Assembly: GCF_018977255.1 (NCBI RefSeq)
Contig: NW_024704742.1
Span: forward strand, 33,730,001 to 33,794,000
Origin: Callorhinchus milii
Taxonomy: Eukaryota
DNA length: 64,000 nt
Reading direction: 5' to 3'
A program made the translations under genes and the position numbers. How positions within the stretch are numbered: the first letter of the stretch is position 1; each line of letters begins with the position of its first letter. The notes beneath the pieces were generated by a model. The model was not told the DNA's origin, searched no databases, and saw only the letters and a program-made list of their open reading frames with translations. Shown here piece by piece: positions 62,232 to 64,000 of this stretch.

Positions 62232-64000
62232 AAAGGGTTAAATATCACACAGCACACATCTGAGCAACAGGAGTAAGTCTAAAGCTCAGCAAATAAACTA
62301 CAATCCTGCTCTGTTTGTGGTAAAAAGCACCAATTGCATTTTGAACTCCGGTTCATTGGGTCAACTTGTCACCCTGAGGAGAAGGGTCCACTGATCCTTA
62401 TCACACTTTTCTCCTGAGTGACCACTTCCTGGAGCAAGATACTGAAGAGCCATCCCTAAGTTAGTCATTATTGGGATTCTTTATACACCTTGACTGGAAC
62501 AAAATTGATTCAAGTCACTGGAGGATATCATCAAGAAGGTGAACTAATTCCTGGCCAAATGAAGCAGTTAAAGATACTCAGTTTAAAGGGTAGTAATAGG
62601 ATTGCCTGGTTTCAGTTAGGTCTTTCTTTCAAGAAATAGCAATTTATCTGTATGCACTGATCCACTATCTCCATGTTAGATCAGGGTGAAATTGATCTTG
62701 GGGTCGTGATGGTTGATCGGTCCCACTGAAAGGTACACTCTACTCACTGAAAACACTGCAATCTGTAACCGTGTCATCTCGGATCTTTTACTCAATAATA
62801 AATGATTAGAAGCGGGGGCAAGACTGAGCTCGGCTGAGACCACCTCGAGGCTGACCAGCCCAACAACACTCACTGCCAAGACTAACACGTGAACAATGGC
62901 CACCTGGTCAAGGTACCAGCGCCCATAGAATTGCACCGCTGTGGAAAGGAATGATAAAACCCTTCAGAAGAGGTGAGAAAATTGGAGGAGAAAAATTGGT
63001 GACATTGAAAAATAGTGGGAAGCTGTTTAAAGTATTTTTAGCAATTCTGTAGTTTATAAAGAAATAGGTTGGTCAATTGTTGATCCTAGCATTTGTTGAA
63101 GTGCATTTTACGTCAGGTGGACATCTCAAAAGTGTTTCACAGGATTTACTATAAAGTGTAGCGATTGTGTATTTATAGGCAAACACGGCAGCCAATTTGC
63201 GCACAGCAAAGCCCTGCAAACAGCAAATGATCAAATCCTTTTCAAATCCTCTGGCAAGTATCGCATTTTGTGACCTTCTCATAATGTTTAGTTCAGTGTG
63301 GAGCCCAGGCAGCAGGTGGCTAGGGTTGGAGGTTTAGCCCACCCTTCCCCAATCGATCTACCAACTCACTAACGTTTCTCCGGTTTTAGCTATACACTGG
63401 CCAACAGCCAAAAGCCAGCAGCCTCGCACTGCTGCTTACTAAACAGTGTAGTGCCTTACCCCTCAAACAGGTCCTGGCTTCCTTCCATTGCACTTACTGA
63501 GGAAGAGCTTTGCAAATGCGCTGCAAGCACCTTCCTTGTGTAGAATATCTCTTTAAGTGGCGCTAGTCGAGGAAAAGCCCTGAACCCTGAGGAAGACCAC
63601 AGCAAGTCCTCCAAACAGCCCCACCTGTAGCATCAGTCGCACCCCTCCTCCACCAACTGCAATCTGTAACCGTATCATCTCTGATCTTGTATTAATAATA
63701 AATGATTATAAGTGGGAGCAGGGTGGATCTAGGCTGAGAACACCCTGATGGTTTGGGAGCTGCTTGTGGGGTATCCTTGCCTCTGAATGGCTGATGGAAC
63801 TGTCAGTCAAGCAAACGGCTCACCTGTCTTCAAGGGGATTGTAAGTAGTAATCTTAGTAAACTTTGCATTTGATATAGCGCTTCATCAAGTCGTTGAGAC
63901 GTCTCAAAGCGCTTCACAGGATATACTGTAAAGTGGATCAACTGTGTATTTTGGGGCGAAACTCCCACAAGACTGTCTCTTTAACTTTAATTTATTACTT

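Noticed and set aside
60016..64000. First coding exon of ALPK1
   Set aside because: No minus-strand segment resembling the ALPK1 N-terminus with a phase-1 donor was found; it probably lies outside the window.

Overview
Vertebrate genomic DNA, most likely a cartilaginous fish (possibly a chimaera), judging by its repeat content: tRNA-derived SINEs with L2-type tails, Deu-type SINEs, shark-type CR1 and Penelope remnants. Two convergent genes are present. (1) NEUROG2 on +: a GC-rich promoter with CCAAT and TATA boxes, a non-coding exon 1, a TG-repeat-filled intron and a single coding exon at 9270-10049. (2) ALPK1 on -: 12 coding exons traced from 60015 to 32999 with consistent GT-AG boundaries and reading phases; the first coding exon was not found and probably lies beyond 64000. 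This matches the ALPK1-NEUROG2 neighbourhood known in human. The remainder is intergenic or intronic DNA with many LINE, SINE and DNA-transposon remnants and several enhancer-like blocks. Most notable observations: a TIFA-Thr9-like motif and repeated LIR-like motifs in the ALPK1 linker; a probable distant branch point in the NEUROG2 intron; an 85-bp templated inverted insertion; a hammerhead-core hairpin; a nested mariner remnant; and unclassified duplicated elements. No prokaryotic-type system is present. All comparisons with human or mouse proteins are from memory, not from a database search.
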